Shown: one piece after another, positions 1 to 10,617 of the stretch | Layout: each line of letters begins with the position of its first letter | Position numbering within the stretch: position 1 is the stretch's first letter | Source of the DNA: a virus | Lineage: Duplodnaviria; Caudoviricetes | DNA: 60,685 nt | Reading direction: 5' to 3' (one strand) | IMG/VR virus record: IMGVR_UViG_3300005253_000613 | Location: 1 to 60,685 of that record | Made by a program: the position numbers and the translations under genes | Notes under the pieces: model-generated | Told to the model about the DNA's origin: nothing | Databases searched by the model: none | The model's input: only the letters and a program-made list of their open reading frames with translations

Positions 1-1
1 G

Positions 2-1273
2 ACCGCTTCTTGGGGTGACAAGGAAGATGAGAATTCAATTAAATTAAAAGAAACAGCACGTGAGAAACTATGGAGTTGGTGGGATGGGATCGCTTATGAC
101 AATCTAAAACAATTTGGTGTTACACGCAAGAGCCTCGAGACATTTAGGACTGCCGTAGAATATGGTATATTATCTGCTATGACAGATAAGAATTTCGCTA
201 CGGACGAATCATTCGGCGGTTATTTCGATCCGTTTGTAGTTTCTTCAATAGTGCGGAGTATAGAAGGTATAAAGCCAGACCGGCCGGGTATAATGAATTT
301 TATCATTGATAAAGTACCTGAATTAGTTATGCCGCAATTCGCTAAATTAACTACAAGAGCAATGATTCAATTAGCTGCCAATGAACATCAAGATACTAAA
401 GGTAACGAATTAAGAAAAGAATTTGGGTTGGGCAATGCTATTGGTTACGCATTATTTAGCCGTGATCTTGAAGATGTGATCGCTTCAAATGAAAGATTTG
501 TCGGGACGTTTAACCCTACCCGCACTGAGGATGATAAAAGAGATTTCATGCAAACTTTGCTTAGTTCGGGTAATGGGTATAATATATCCAAAGGTAAGTT
601 GTGGAAAAGTGGTAAGAATAAAATAAGCACACAGGATTTGATCTGGCAACAGAATTATAACCCACAGTTTAAAGATTTTTACAATAATGCAACTGACACT
701 AAATATGCTATTCAAGATATTTTCAATGGTTCAGAGTTGCCGGATAAACAGGGAAAAAGCATAAAGAAAGCGGATGAATGGATTAAGAGGAACGAAGATT
801 TAATCAGAATTGTTGCTCGTGGAGATATGTCGGCTTATGATGAATACATCGAAACTGGTAAATATAAGCCAATATATCAGGAAACAGGCAGGGCAGAAGA
901 ATATGACAGATTAAGAAAGGCATTCAGGAAGGACGTTGGCAAGTATTACGCCGCCATAGCACTGGGCGAAGGCTTGCAAGGTTCACTTGATATAACAGTG
1001 AACCAAAATAGAGAGGGAGGCAAGAGATTTATAGTTAATCTAAGATGGCCGGAAGAAAGAGCTTATAACCCAAATCCATATATTAATATTAAAATCAAAG
1101 ATTTCCCGCCCGAAGATAGGGGATACCAATACGCATTAAAGAAATTCCATGCTAAAATGGTTAGAGAACAACTATTGCCTAAATACCCTAAAAGACGAGT
1201 AAGGCAATCTCCACAGACATATAAACGTCAATTAGAATTAAGGCAACCACAGTATCAAGACGTATTCAGGTAA
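2..1273 (+). CDS. C-terminal part of a large hypothetical protein (possibly virion/ejection protein), 5'-truncated
   Basis: Frame of ORF 179..1273 is open back to position 2; no motif recognised. Confidence 0.6.
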   Translation, partial: TASWGDKEDENSIKLKETAREKLWSWWDGIAYDNLKQFGVTRKSLETFRTAVEYGILSAMTDKNFATDESFGGYFDPFVVSSIVRSIEGIKPDRPGIMNFIIDKVPELVMPQFAKLTTRAMIQLAANEHQDTKGNELRKEFGLGNAIGYALFSRDLEDVIASNERFVGTFNPTRTEDDKRDFMQTLLSSGNGYNISKGKLWKSGKNKISTQDLIWQQNYNPQFKDFYNNATDTKYAIQDIFNGSELPDKQGKSIKKADEWIKRNEDLIRIVARGDMSAYDEYIETGKYKPIYQETGRAEEYDRLRKAFRKDVGKYYAAIALGEGLQGSLDITVNQNREGGKRFIVNLRWPEERAYNPNPYINIKIKDFPPEDRGYQYALKKFHAKMVREQLLPKYPKRRVRQSPQTYKRQLELRQPQYQDVFR

Positions 1274-1276
1274 ATC

Positions 1277-2032
1277 ATGTCAACACATAAAAGCCAATCG
1301 GACGAGCATAATCATTTTGTTGTCTCTACTCCCAATATAGAGAAATATAACGACAGAACTCATCCACAGGAGATAGTTAGTTCATTGAATGAATTAGTAT
1401 CGGCTGCGAAAGAATATCCTCGTCAGGAGGCTGAAAGGTACTTTGATATAGGTTGTGTGATGGCTAAGAGTAGTTCGGGATTGACAATAAGGGAAATGGC
1501 ACAATTGTTAAAAACTAAAACGTATATTTTAAGTAGAGCAAAGACAGTGGCTGAAAGGCTCGATTGTGATAAAGAAAAGTTCCTAAAGATATTAGATGAA
1601 GTAGAAAGATGGAGTGCGGTTGAGTTGAGGGTACTCCCGCCAACGAAAAAGAATTACAAGAATTTACTTGCGAATGCCTTTAAAAATGTCCGCACAATAA
1701 CTAATGAACTGAAAAAGAATCCATCCGATACCAACGCATCGGCTTCCCTATTAGCAATGAGGGATATGATGAATAGGATATTGCCACCAGCTGCTGATAT
1801 ATTTGATAAGAATTACTTGCTTTATTATCCTTGCGTTTCTTGTGGGGTAGAAGCAATTGAAGATGGGCATACAATTAAAATACATCATACCTACGATTAC
1901 CTGCGTTACCCTTATTGCGAGGTATGCAATAAGGAAAACCGCCCTCCCGATATGACACGTGTAGCTGCTATGTATGCGAGTTACGCTATTAATACTGACC
2001 AAGCATATAATCAAATAATGGATTATGAGTAA
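1277..2032 (+). CDS. Hypothetical protein with C-terminal CxxC...CxxC zinc-binding motif
   Basis: CVSC and CEVC pairs; starts 3 nt after previous stop. Confidence 0.6.
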   Translation: MSTHKSQSDEHNHFVVSTPNIEKYNDRTHPQEIVSSLNELVSAAKEYPRQEAERYFDIGCVMAKSSSGLTIREMAQLLKTKTYILSRAKTVAERLDCDKEKFLKILDEVERWSAVELRVLPPTKKNYKNLLANAFKNVRTITNELKKNPSDTNASASLLAMRDMMNRILPPAADIFDKNYLLYYPCVSCGVEAIEDGHTIKIHHTYDYLRYPYCEVCNKENRPPDMTRVAAMYASYAINTDQAYNQIMDYE

Positions 2033-2480
2033 ACGAATTATCCAAGTCTATAAAAGTGCGTATTCCGACTTGAATATAATAAAAAGATGGTTTTATGATA
2101 ATTTTGGTTTTAAGATAGCCACATATCAGGCGGTAGCATTCGCACTTACTACATTAAAATCATTCGATTTAGCAGCGGTTAAACATATTAACAAAATCAG
2201 GGTTCCACCTGGGATAACTTCTATTGAGAAATTTAGCGTAACTCTTGATGCTGAATTAGTTGAAAGGGTTGATACCTTTATGCGTGCCCATGACAGAATA
2301 CTAATCCCTGACAGGCCCGCTTTGATCGCAGCACTTATCACTTATAGGGCGGTATCGTTGCCCGCTTGTTTGCCAATTGAACCCCTGGATTATAAATATC
2401 CAGAATATGCGAAAAGACCGGATGAAGAAAGATATATTAGGCGTATGCCGGAATTGGTTAAGACTGCATTGGAACTTTGA
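2025..2480 (+). CDS. Hypothetical protein, possible ribbon-helix-helix DNA binder
   Basis: KFSVTLDAELVERVD...RPALIAALI resembles an RHH pattern; overlaps previous stop. Confidence 0.4.
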   Translation: MSKRIIQVYKSAYSDLNIIKRWFYDNFGFKIATYQAVAFALTTLKSFDLAAVKHINKIRVPPGITSIEKFSVTLDAELVERVDTFMRAHDRILIPDRPALIAALITYRAVSLPACLPIEPLDYKYPEYAKRPDEERYIRRMPELVKTALEL

Positions 2481-3342
2481 GAACCCTAAACAGTGTCATT
2501 ATAATCTCACCTTCTTATTACAATGAGGGCATAGGTCTCCTATTAGTGCATAGTATCCGCATGAACATTTCTTAAACCATACGGGATTCCTTGTGGGTGT
2601 ATCTTCTATCGCAGAATCAATTAGGCAGCGTAGATTTTCTGTATTTTCATACTTTTTTTTAAGTCTTTTGTATTTCTTCTCTATTTTGCGGGCACGTTTC
2701 AATTGTTTGTTGATTTGGTTAATGAATTTCACCACTCCACCATCATTATAATAGATTGGTCTATCGTTCTCAGTTTTACAATAGATAGTGCCTGTACTAC
2801 TAAGTTCTTTTATATGAATTATCTTTAAAATCTTTTCCATATTCTCTCCTCATTGAAATTTAAAATCATCTGGCAATCTCATTACAGTCAAAGTAGCTGT
2901 CCCCCAGTTAGGATTCTTATCTCTTAGGTGTTTTAGAGCGTATTTGATACCATTGTGTTCAAATATTCTCAATGTCTCGTTATGAGAAAGGATTATCCCA
3001 TGTCTCAAAAAATAAGAACGAATTATTCTTCGCCTCGACGTTTTGAGCAGTTTAACCGGAGCGAACTTTTTGCTAAATGATGCACCGTCATATTCACGTA
3101 TTTCTAATATATTAAACATTATAGCATTGCTTTGATTCTGTCTAAGGTATCTTCTTTGTCTTTTTCTATAAGACGCAACCTGTATTCAACTTCTTTTATA
3201 AATTTCGTGTTGCCGGTTCGTTTATATGACGTATAGAACCTGCTATAAAAGATTTTATACGGTACTTTTCCCCCCTCTTTGTCCCTTGCTATTTTGTGAT
3301 TATTATAGAACCACAACAATAATTCCCTTGTAAGGTATTTAA

Positions 3343-3978
3343 TCATTTCTTTTCTCCTTTTAATATATCAATTAATTTCTGCTTTTGCCATTTCCTCACT
3401 GGTGAAGGGCGTATCTGAACCCCTTTTACGGCTTCTAATTGTGATGCTGAAATAGCTGCATATAGTGCCGCTTCATCTGACAAACCAACTGAAATAGTTG
3501 CGTCTGCTGTTCCTGCTGCATGTGCTAAATAAGATGCTGAAATAGATGCAGCAGATGCTGCCGCACGTATCCTTGCATCACCTGATGAATTTCCTACGAA
3601 AAGTGCTGCATGTGCTGGCATATACGCTCTATATGCTAATTCTCTATTTTTCTTTGTGTCTGAGATCAACACCAATCTTGCTGCTTCTATTGCCTTGCGG
3701 GGACGGTTGTCATTAGTGTAAAGATTCTCAAAGTTTGGCAATACGTGTTCAGCACACGCTATTGTAAATTCTAATGCGATTTTACGCTTCTTTTTCTTGC
3801 CAATAATCGCCCGTAAGGCCCAGATAGCAACGTCTAACCCGCTGATTTCTATTATTTGTAGCATCGAGATTTTTGATGCCGGGTTGTAGTCCGGGACATT
3901 GGTTGTCAAATGTTCAAATATGTCATTAGGGATTCTATGCTTTTGTAATTCCTCGCCCGTTGTGTATATTTCTTTCAT
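3343..3978 (-). CDS. Imm5-like domain phage protein
   Basis: ACAEHVLPNFE...DNRPRKAIEAAR followed by Ala-rich helices and WQ near C-terminus. Confidence 0.65.
   Translation of the reverse strand: MKEIYTTGEELQKHRIPNDIFEHLTTNVPDYNPASKISMLQIIEISGLDVAIWALRAIIGKKKKRKIALEFTIACAEHVLPNFENLYTNDNRPRKAIEAARLVLISDTKKNRELAYRAYMPAHAALFVGNSSGDARIRAAASAASISASYLAHAAGTADATISVGLSDEAALYAAISASQLEAVKGVQIRPSPVRKWQKQKLIDILKGEKK
3881..3969 (-). repeat. 89-bp perfect inverted repeat, left copy (partner 13882-13970)
   Basis: Reverse complement matches 13882-13970 base for base. Confidence 0.95.
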
Positions 3979-4312
3979 TTAATTACCTGTTAAAAAACGA
4001 ATTTCTTCTTTACTAAAGTATTCTTTTAATTCTAATGGCCTGTTAGATTTGACTATATCAGCATGAGAAGGCAATGAATCTGATATTTCAAATGTTAATA
4101 ATTCAAAACGATGACCTAATTCAAGTTTCTCCACTTGACGTTCAAATTCCATCAGCATAACCTTTTTTTTAAATTCATCTACCAATTGCATATTATTTAA
4201 CCATAGTTTATGTTTGATTTGAATACTAAAACCACGAAGCCAAAGAATGATAGCAGCCGATATTACAAACATTACAATAAATACATTCATCACTTCCTCC
4301 TATGTAATCAAT

Positions 4313-4753
4313 TTAAAAATCACCATAATTAGTTTGTAAGCATATCAACCCTAAATCTTTTCTCCACATATTAACCATTTGATCCCTGTCATCAAATACC
4401 ATAATTACGTTAAAATTGCCAGCTATTACCTCATCATATATTTCACGCTTAACTATACTGTCCTTTCTGTAATCTTTAACTTTTCTCATAAATAATTCGT
4501 AATTGTAGGGTTTTTCCCAATCAAAATGTTTGTTAATCCAATAAATAGTTTGTGCTTTGCATGATGGTGTCCCTTCTCTGCCTGATACGAAATATACTTT
4601 TGCAGCATTGCATATTGACAATGCTTTCACACAATCTATTACTGGTTTAATTGGCGTATCAGTTTCTATTTTATCATATTCGTATGGTTCTCTATTCTTT
4701 CTTTTTGCAATAGTTCCATCAATATCACAAATTATAATTGGTGTTTTGGACAT
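4313..4753 (-). CDS. HAD-family polynucleotide 3'-phosphatase (phosphatase domain of T4 PseT/Pnkp type)
   Basis: ICDIDGTIA (DxDGT), FVSGR, ELFMR...D.RKD..VK, VFDDR motifs. Confidence 0.85.
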   Translation of the reverse strand: MSKTPIIICDIDGTIAKRKNREPYEYDKIETDTPIKPVIDCVKALSICNAAKVYFVSGREGTPSCKAQTIYWINKHFDWEKPYNYELFMRKVKDYRKDSIVKREIYDEVIAGNFNVIMVFDDRDQMVNMWRKDLGLICLQTNYGDF

Positions 4754-5626
4754 CGATTTAACTCCTATTTTAAAATATATTTATTTATTCTGTCTTTTTG
4801 TAGTTGCTTCCATTTCTTCATCTGTCCATCTATCACCACCAAAATGTTTCTTCCATATTTTCTTCTCTGCCTTTTTCTTTTTTTTCAATGATTTAAAGTG
4901 TATACTTATCTCTTTCCCTAATTTATTTATTTCATCTAAGCTCGGCTCCTTACCCGGTATTTCGTTAAATTCAAAGCTCATATTTCCCCTCTATGTAATT
5001 AATTTAAAAATCAAGCATAACAAAACCACTGTCTTGTTAGCTCTGTTTAGAACTACGGCCATTACTGCAAACCACACCATAACGGGCAATGGCAAAAACA
5101 AGGCAGTTGCCAATAAACTATAAGCAAGAATGAATATAATAGCATAATGTACAACTCCAACTTCAATTCTTTGCACTTCAACCATTTTCATAATAAAAGA
5201 CATTCCCATTAACATTGTAGCTATTGATAGACTTGTTTCATATCCGGGCAGCATAATCTTTTCCTTTCTTAATTGTTTTAACATGGTTGTTTTTAATTTT
5301 ACGTCTTAAGATTTTGTGTTCGCTTGAATTTGGTATAATGGTTAATAAATATTCACACTCATGTGAAGTAAGGCACATATAAACCGCTTGTGTACCGTCC
5401 CATTTAGTCATCTGTCTCTGGAGATATTTTCTGTTGCTTTCACAATATTCCTGAGCCACTAATCTGCAATGCTTTTCATCGGGACTGCTAAATTCCTTGA
5501 CAGTACCGTCAGGATGGAAACACCTGTATATATGCTGCATACCTTCCGGACTATCGACATAAGATGATGTCACTTCAATATTATTGATGACGAATTGTTT
5601 AGTCCCCTTTTTAGCGTCTGGGTTTT

Positions 5627-5809
5627 TCATTGTTTCCCTGTAAAATTTGTTAAGAATCGACGGTTTTTAACACGTAATCGCCTTTTTATAGACTGGCTTA
5701 TCGAGTAAAACGGTGGGCTGCATTGGGCTCCATGAGTTACCCGTTGTTTAAGCATGTGTGTAATTACAGCATATATACCAGGGTCATATTTAAATTTTAG
5801 TATTTTCAT
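5627..5809 (-). CDS. Short MK[IV][IL]...KRRL family protein
   Basis: Starts MKILK, contains SIKRRLR near C-terminus; coupled to neighbours. Confidence 0.55.
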   Translation of the reverse strand: MKILKFKYDPGIYAVITHMLKQRVTHGAQCSPPFYSISQSIKRRLRVKNRRFLTNFTGKQ

Positions 5810-6061
5810 TGTGTGTTCCCTTTTTCGATTTCGGGTATAATTCCTTGTATTGCAAAGGGAAATAATGTTTAAGTGTCGCTAAATTACAAAGCATACTATG
5901 CCCATCTTTAAATACTATTAATTTTAACTTACTTTTCTTATTATATTCTTTTGCTTCATTAAGTTTTGCTTTGTATAGTTCTTCCGGTATATCAGAATGG
6001 GGGATATGCCGGAACGCTTCCTTCATTATAAAATCCGTAAATTGCTCATCATTGAATTTCA

Positions 6062-6790
6062 TTATTCGTCTCCTCTTTTCTCAAATGTTAATAAATCTTC
6101 TTTGGGGTTAACTCCAGATAGCTTTTCTGTGCCAGATAAATATTTATCATGGCGGTATACTCTGAATTTAAACCCATATTTAACAAAGTCTACGATCAAA
6201 TATTTATAGCAATATACAAGATAATGATGTGGTTCACCATAGAAATAAGTTCTTAGTTCATCTGTCTCAATATCACAGAGCTCAAAGTTGACTGGCAGAA
6301 CTCTGGAAAACGGTGTTTGTGCTATAATAGTCCCACCTGGCTTTAAGACCCTTGCCATTTCTTTTATAGCAGCCCGCACAAAATTGATGTGTTCAAGAAC
6401 GTGATTGACTATAATAAAATCGAAGGAATTGCCTCCAAATAATCTTATGTCATAAATATCCGTCCAATTAACATGAAAATCAAACAAATCGGGTTCAATA
6501 TCGCATGGGTAATATAGGCTTGGGATAGTATTACTCCTTTTTAGCATCTTATACAGAGGGAGTTCCGGTGCAAAATGAAGGACGCTTGCACCGTGAAAAG
6601 CATTCCAGAAACCTAACTTGTCAAAATACATAAACAAGTGTCTTTCACGGTCATTACAACCACAAACAGGGCAGCCATAATTCTCTAAATCACTACCTAT
6701 GACTTGGAATGACTTGTAAGTATCTGAATAGCTATGTTTGTATGGAGTGAAAGAATTGAATTCTCTTTTGCATATATAACATTGCTTCAT
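6062..6790 (-). CDS. Class I SAM-dependent methyltransferase with N-terminal Cys motifs
   Basis: CPVCG...RER, VLHFAPE, FDFIIVNHVLEH, EMARVLKPGG. Confidence 0.85.
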   Translation of the reverse strand: MKQCYICKREFNSFTPYKHSYSDTYKSFQVIGSDLENYGCPVCGCNDRERHLFMYFDKLGFWNAFHGASVLHFAPELPLYKMLKRSNTIPSLYYPCDIEPDLFDFHVNWTDIYDIRLFGGNSFDFIIVNHVLEHINFVRAAIKEMARVLKPGGTIIAQTPFSRVLPVNFELCDIETDELRTYFYGEPHHYLVYCYKYLIVDFVKYGFKFRVYRHDKYLSGTEKLSGVNPKEDLLTFEKRGDE

Positions 6791-7502
6791 TATTTGACCT
6801 CTATAAATCCACGTGGGAAAAATCTCATAAATTCCTCATCAACTTCTTTTTCCAAGTAGACAGTTGCGAATACACCGTCAAACATTTCGAACGCCTTGTT
6901 TCTGCATTCCTTATAAGTGTTACCTTCGATAACGGTCACACAATCCTTATCTAATGTTATTCCATTAACAGTATGTGTATGTTCCTGTCCAAATGTTACG
7001 TAAATTTTCATAACAACTCCTAAATATAAGATGGTGGTTGAATAGGGCATGACAGTTTGTTATAATGTTTGCACAATTTATTATCATTGGGCATAGCACC
7101 ATTAGGTAGACGGCTACATGGATTGCCATATAACCCACACTGAAACTTGTACGGACTTCTTGAACTTGTCTGTGGAGTTAACTTCCCCACATCTTGTAGG
7201 TTGATTTTTTCTTTCATAACATTCCCTAAATCAATAATCCCACTCACTATTATGAGCTTTATACCCGTTTTGTTCTAATAATAGGAAAGCCGCTATTGTA
7301 CAATTTTGGCATAATTCGATGGTTTTTATTTCACCACTGCCGCCACCACTACATCTATATCCTGTCCGATGTTCAAAAGTACATTCGAAAGCATCGTCCC
7401 AAGTAGTTTCTATTTTCGCCTCACATTTATCACAAATATCATAGGATTTTATTATTACATCTACTGTTTGCTTCTCTTTTATTTCAATTCTCATAATATA
7501 TC

Positions 7503-8420
7503 CTAAATCAACAATTCTTTTGGCGAAAAAACCGCCGGGTTAATATACTTCTTTGTAGTATCGAGTGAAGAATGTCCCATTAGTATTGAAGCATTTGCTA
7601 TTCCTTTACTTGCACAGACTGCCTGACAAACGTAATGCCTGAAACAGTGGGCTGTTGTCCCTTCATAGCCTAATAAATCGGCATAGCGCTTAATTTGTTT
7701 TCCCGCTCCGCTATCACTTAATCTGTCACCACGACTGTTTATTATGTGGTATTCGCAGCCATGATAATTCTGATCTAAAAAATCAATATAATCGGTATAT
7801 AAATTATAAGCAACGAAATTGTTGATTTTATAATCAAATGGTAAATATTTGATGTCTATATTCTTTCTTAATGATTGCCTCGTATCTTTTTTCTTGACTA
7901 ATGTTAATTCAATCATATTTTCATCATATAATAAACGCACATCCAAAGAAGTTAAATCTAATACCTGAGATATTCTTGGACCAAGAGAACCTAAGATAAA
8001 CAATAGCCAGGGATCACGTGCCCTTGATAAAGCGAAAGAACTATGCAAGGCACCTTGAATAAAGTCGGATACCATTCTGGTTGTCATAAGTACGTTGCCC
8101 CAATTATCTGCTTTAGCTCTAAAGGCTTTTTGGAGTATGAGAAAATCATCTTTACTGATATACATATTCCAGTACAAAAACTTCCCCAGTCCGAACATTA
8201 AAGTCGATTTACTTGTCAGGCTTAGATTCGTTCTATTGGAAATAAACCGGGACACATCATTTCTACCGAAAGATTCTATATTAATATCATCGACAAAATC
8301 ACGTACATGTTTTGACAAGAATCTAACGGATGATTCGCTCATGCCATCTACCCGCTTTGACGTGGCGAGTTTAATGTGTTCACTAAATTTAGTTAAGAAT
8401 TCCTTTTTATAATCATTCAT
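7503..8420 (-). CDS. Tyrosine recombinase / integrase
   Basis: GPRISQV (Arg), HCFRH, MGHSSLDTTKKY catalytic motifs; start moved to MNDYKKE (8420) because a promoter lies at 8461-8489. Confidence 0.9.
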   Translation of the reverse strand: MNDYKKEFLTKFSEHIKLATSKRVDGMSESSVRFLSKHVRDFVDDINIESFGRNDVSRFISNRTNLSLTSKSTLMFGLGKFLYWNMYISKDDFLILQKAFRAKADNWGNVLMTTRMVSDFIQGALHSSFALSRARDPWLLFILGSLGPRISQVLDLTSLDVRLLYDENMIELTLVKKKDTRQSLRKNIDIKYLPFDYKINNFVAYNLYTDYIDFLDQNYHGCEYHIINSRGDRLSDSGAGKQIKRYADLLGYEGTTAHCFRHYVCQAVCASKGIANASILMGHSSLDTTKKYINPAVFSPKELLI

Positions 8421-8460
8421 ATTAATCTTATGTTGAGTGTGACAACAATAGCTACAACAT

Positions 8461-8489
8461 AATATACAATATATTGTGGTATCATACAA
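8461..8489 (-). promoter_or_regulatory. Sigma70-type promoter for the recombinase operon
   Basis: Minus strand TTGTAT-N17-TATATT, 40 nt upstream of ATG 8420. Confidence 0.55.
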
Positions 8490-8585
8490 GAGGTAAATAT
8501 ATTTAATATCTATACCTATCATTATGATATAGTATAACTTGTGAATAGCACAATATATCATGCAAAATAAGAATAGGGCTATATT

Positions 8586-8617
8586 CATTAGGAAATTATG
8601 TAATAATGTTGTATATT
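8586..8617 (+). promoter_or_regulatory. Conserved early promoter/operator element, copy 1
   Basis: CATTAGGAA-N8-ATAATGTTGTATATT; same two blocks at 31746-31777 on minus strand. Confidence 0.65.
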
Positions 8618-8900
8618 AAAACCAAATAATAAACAGGATTTGGAATGAATGAGATAACCAACGCATATTCAATGATAGAAAGGGATGGCATGAGCATCCT
8701 GGATATAATAAACTTAGAAATAGATTATTTCGCATTCATGGTTCTGCATACTACAATAGCTGATGTGTGCGGCGAGAAAGCGATTGTGTATGTGGGTGAT
8801 AAATGTCTCCATCTGGATTATAGTGGCGGTGGGGTTTGTGTTGTAAATGTCAATTGATATATTTAAAAATAATTTTTCTCACTAACTTTAAGGAACAATC

Positions 8901-9560
8901 ATGTCTTTAAACACAATCAAAGATGTAGAAGCAAAATTAGACGAAGTCATGCAGTCATACAAGGAAGCGACAAGCCTTGTAGAGAAGATGAATTTAAAAG
9001 GGGTGCTCGATGACATTGAGGTATCGTATAAATCGATATTAAGGGAGCAATTTCAAACAGTTCAAGAAGATATTGTTGCTTCAATTGAGGAAGTTGTTAT
9101 GCAGGGAATAAACGGAATTGCTGGTTATGCACTTCAATATGGGCCATATAAAGTAACGATAAGTTATTCTGATAAAGGAGACGGGAAAGTTGATATTGCA
9201 TTTGGGAAAAGCCCTGTCAGACGAAAAAGGACAAGTAAGGGCACGCAATATGTCAAGATATTACATGAAGCTACACCTGGTGTCTCGAAAAAGGTAGTAT
9301 CTCATATAACAGCGGAGCTTGACAAAGATAGGGATGTAACAGCTAAAACCCACCTTGAATTATTCAATACCTTAGCAGAGAAGAATTACAGCCATGCTGA
9401 ATTTGTGGCCGAATATAAGATAACAACACCAAACCCATTAATCAATAAAACAGCAGCTAAATTATTCTGTGATTTAGGTGTTGCAATGTATAAAGTGGAT
9501 TACACAAATGATGAGTATGATTTAATAGAGATTGTTAAGGCAGGTTTTACATTGTTGTAA
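8901..9560 (+). CDS. Hypothetical protein
   Basis: 219-aa ORF with AAGGA RBS. Confidence 0.6.
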   Translation: MSLNTIKDVEAKLDEVMQSYKEATSLVEKMNLKGVLDDIEVSYKSILREQFQTVQEDIVASIEEVVMQGINGIAGYALQYGPYKVTISYSDKGDGKVDIAFGKSPVRRKRTSKGTQYVKILHEATPGVSKKVVSHITAELDKDRDVTAKTHLELFNTLAEKNYSHAEFVAEYKITTPNPLINKTAAKLFCDLGVAMYKVDYTNDEYDLIEIVKAGFTLL

Positions 9561-10326
9561 GGTGTAATCATGAAAGTATCTGAATTAAAGAAATTATCTC
9601 ATCGTAACTGGAATGAAATAAAAGTTTATGATTCAATATGTGTAATCAATAGTGGGTATAAACATGATTCAGGTTATGCTGTAATGTATATTATTGGCAT
9701 GATTTCAGGTACGTTTATCGAAATAGCTGCCTCTTGTGATGACATCCGCTGGTCTTTTCCAAATCATATGCGAAAGGGAGATTTACAAAATGATATGTTT
9801 TATCAGAGTGGTGTTTTGCATTATCATTCAAACCGTTACAATTTTGAAGTAGGACATAGTTCATCAACCGTTGATGTCAAATTAATACATAAACCGTGCA
9901 AATCATATCCCTCAAACAAAGCACGGAGTAGATAAAACATTCAATATTGTTGTAAGAGTGATTATGGAAAAATTTAATCCAGAAAACAAAGGCGTACTAA
10001 CTTATGGGGAATGTCTGGAACCAGCAATGGAAATCACAGGCTCAAGAGAAGCAAAGCAATATTTAGCTGATTACATAAAATATCAAGAATCCAATATGCC
10101 ATCAGTATCCGATGGTCAAACTGCGGAAGAGATATGCAAAAGCAATCTTGGGTATTGGGCTGGGTATTATGGTGACAGAATACGTAAAAGGGTTGAAAGG
10201 CTATTTGCTTGTCAACACCCTATATTTGGTAGTTTTAAAAAGAACGGTCGAGCAACAGGCAAAGAAGCCTTTGAATGTGGTAGAACTAGTCAAACATTAG
10301 ATGAAATTCGTAGTTAGTTCAAAACC

Positions 10327-10617
10327 ATGACACTAAAACAAAGCACAACGCAAATAGTTAATTCAATGATAGATGAATATGGGTTTTTATTCTGTCAGTA
10401 TTGTAATCGTTCTGACGGGCCTCTAAGTCCTCCGCACCATATAATATTCAAATCAGAGCGTCCGGGACATCCTGAGCTGCATAATGTGCGAAATTTGATA
10501 CTTTTGTGCTTTGAATGCCATGATAAATTTCACGGGAAAATTAAAGGGTTTACTAAGCACGGAATGAGAAAAGAATTGATAGTAGAACGAAATTTAAATA
10601 AATTGTTTGGAGATTGA
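10327..10617 (+). CDS. HNH endonuclease
   Basis: CQYC...HHII...NLILLCFECH. Confidence 0.85.
   Translation: MTLKQSTTQIVNSMIDEYGFLFCQYCNRSDGPLSPPHHIIFKSERPGHPELHNVRNLILLCFECHDKFHGKIKGFTKHGMRKELIVERNLNKLFGD

Noticed and set aside
8421-8588. N-terminal extension of the integrase in the ORF track
   Set aside because: Low-complexity translation of an AT-rich intergenic region containing promoter motifs
7300-8640. attP site near the recombinase
   Set aside because: No core/arm repeats or host junction identifiable by eye
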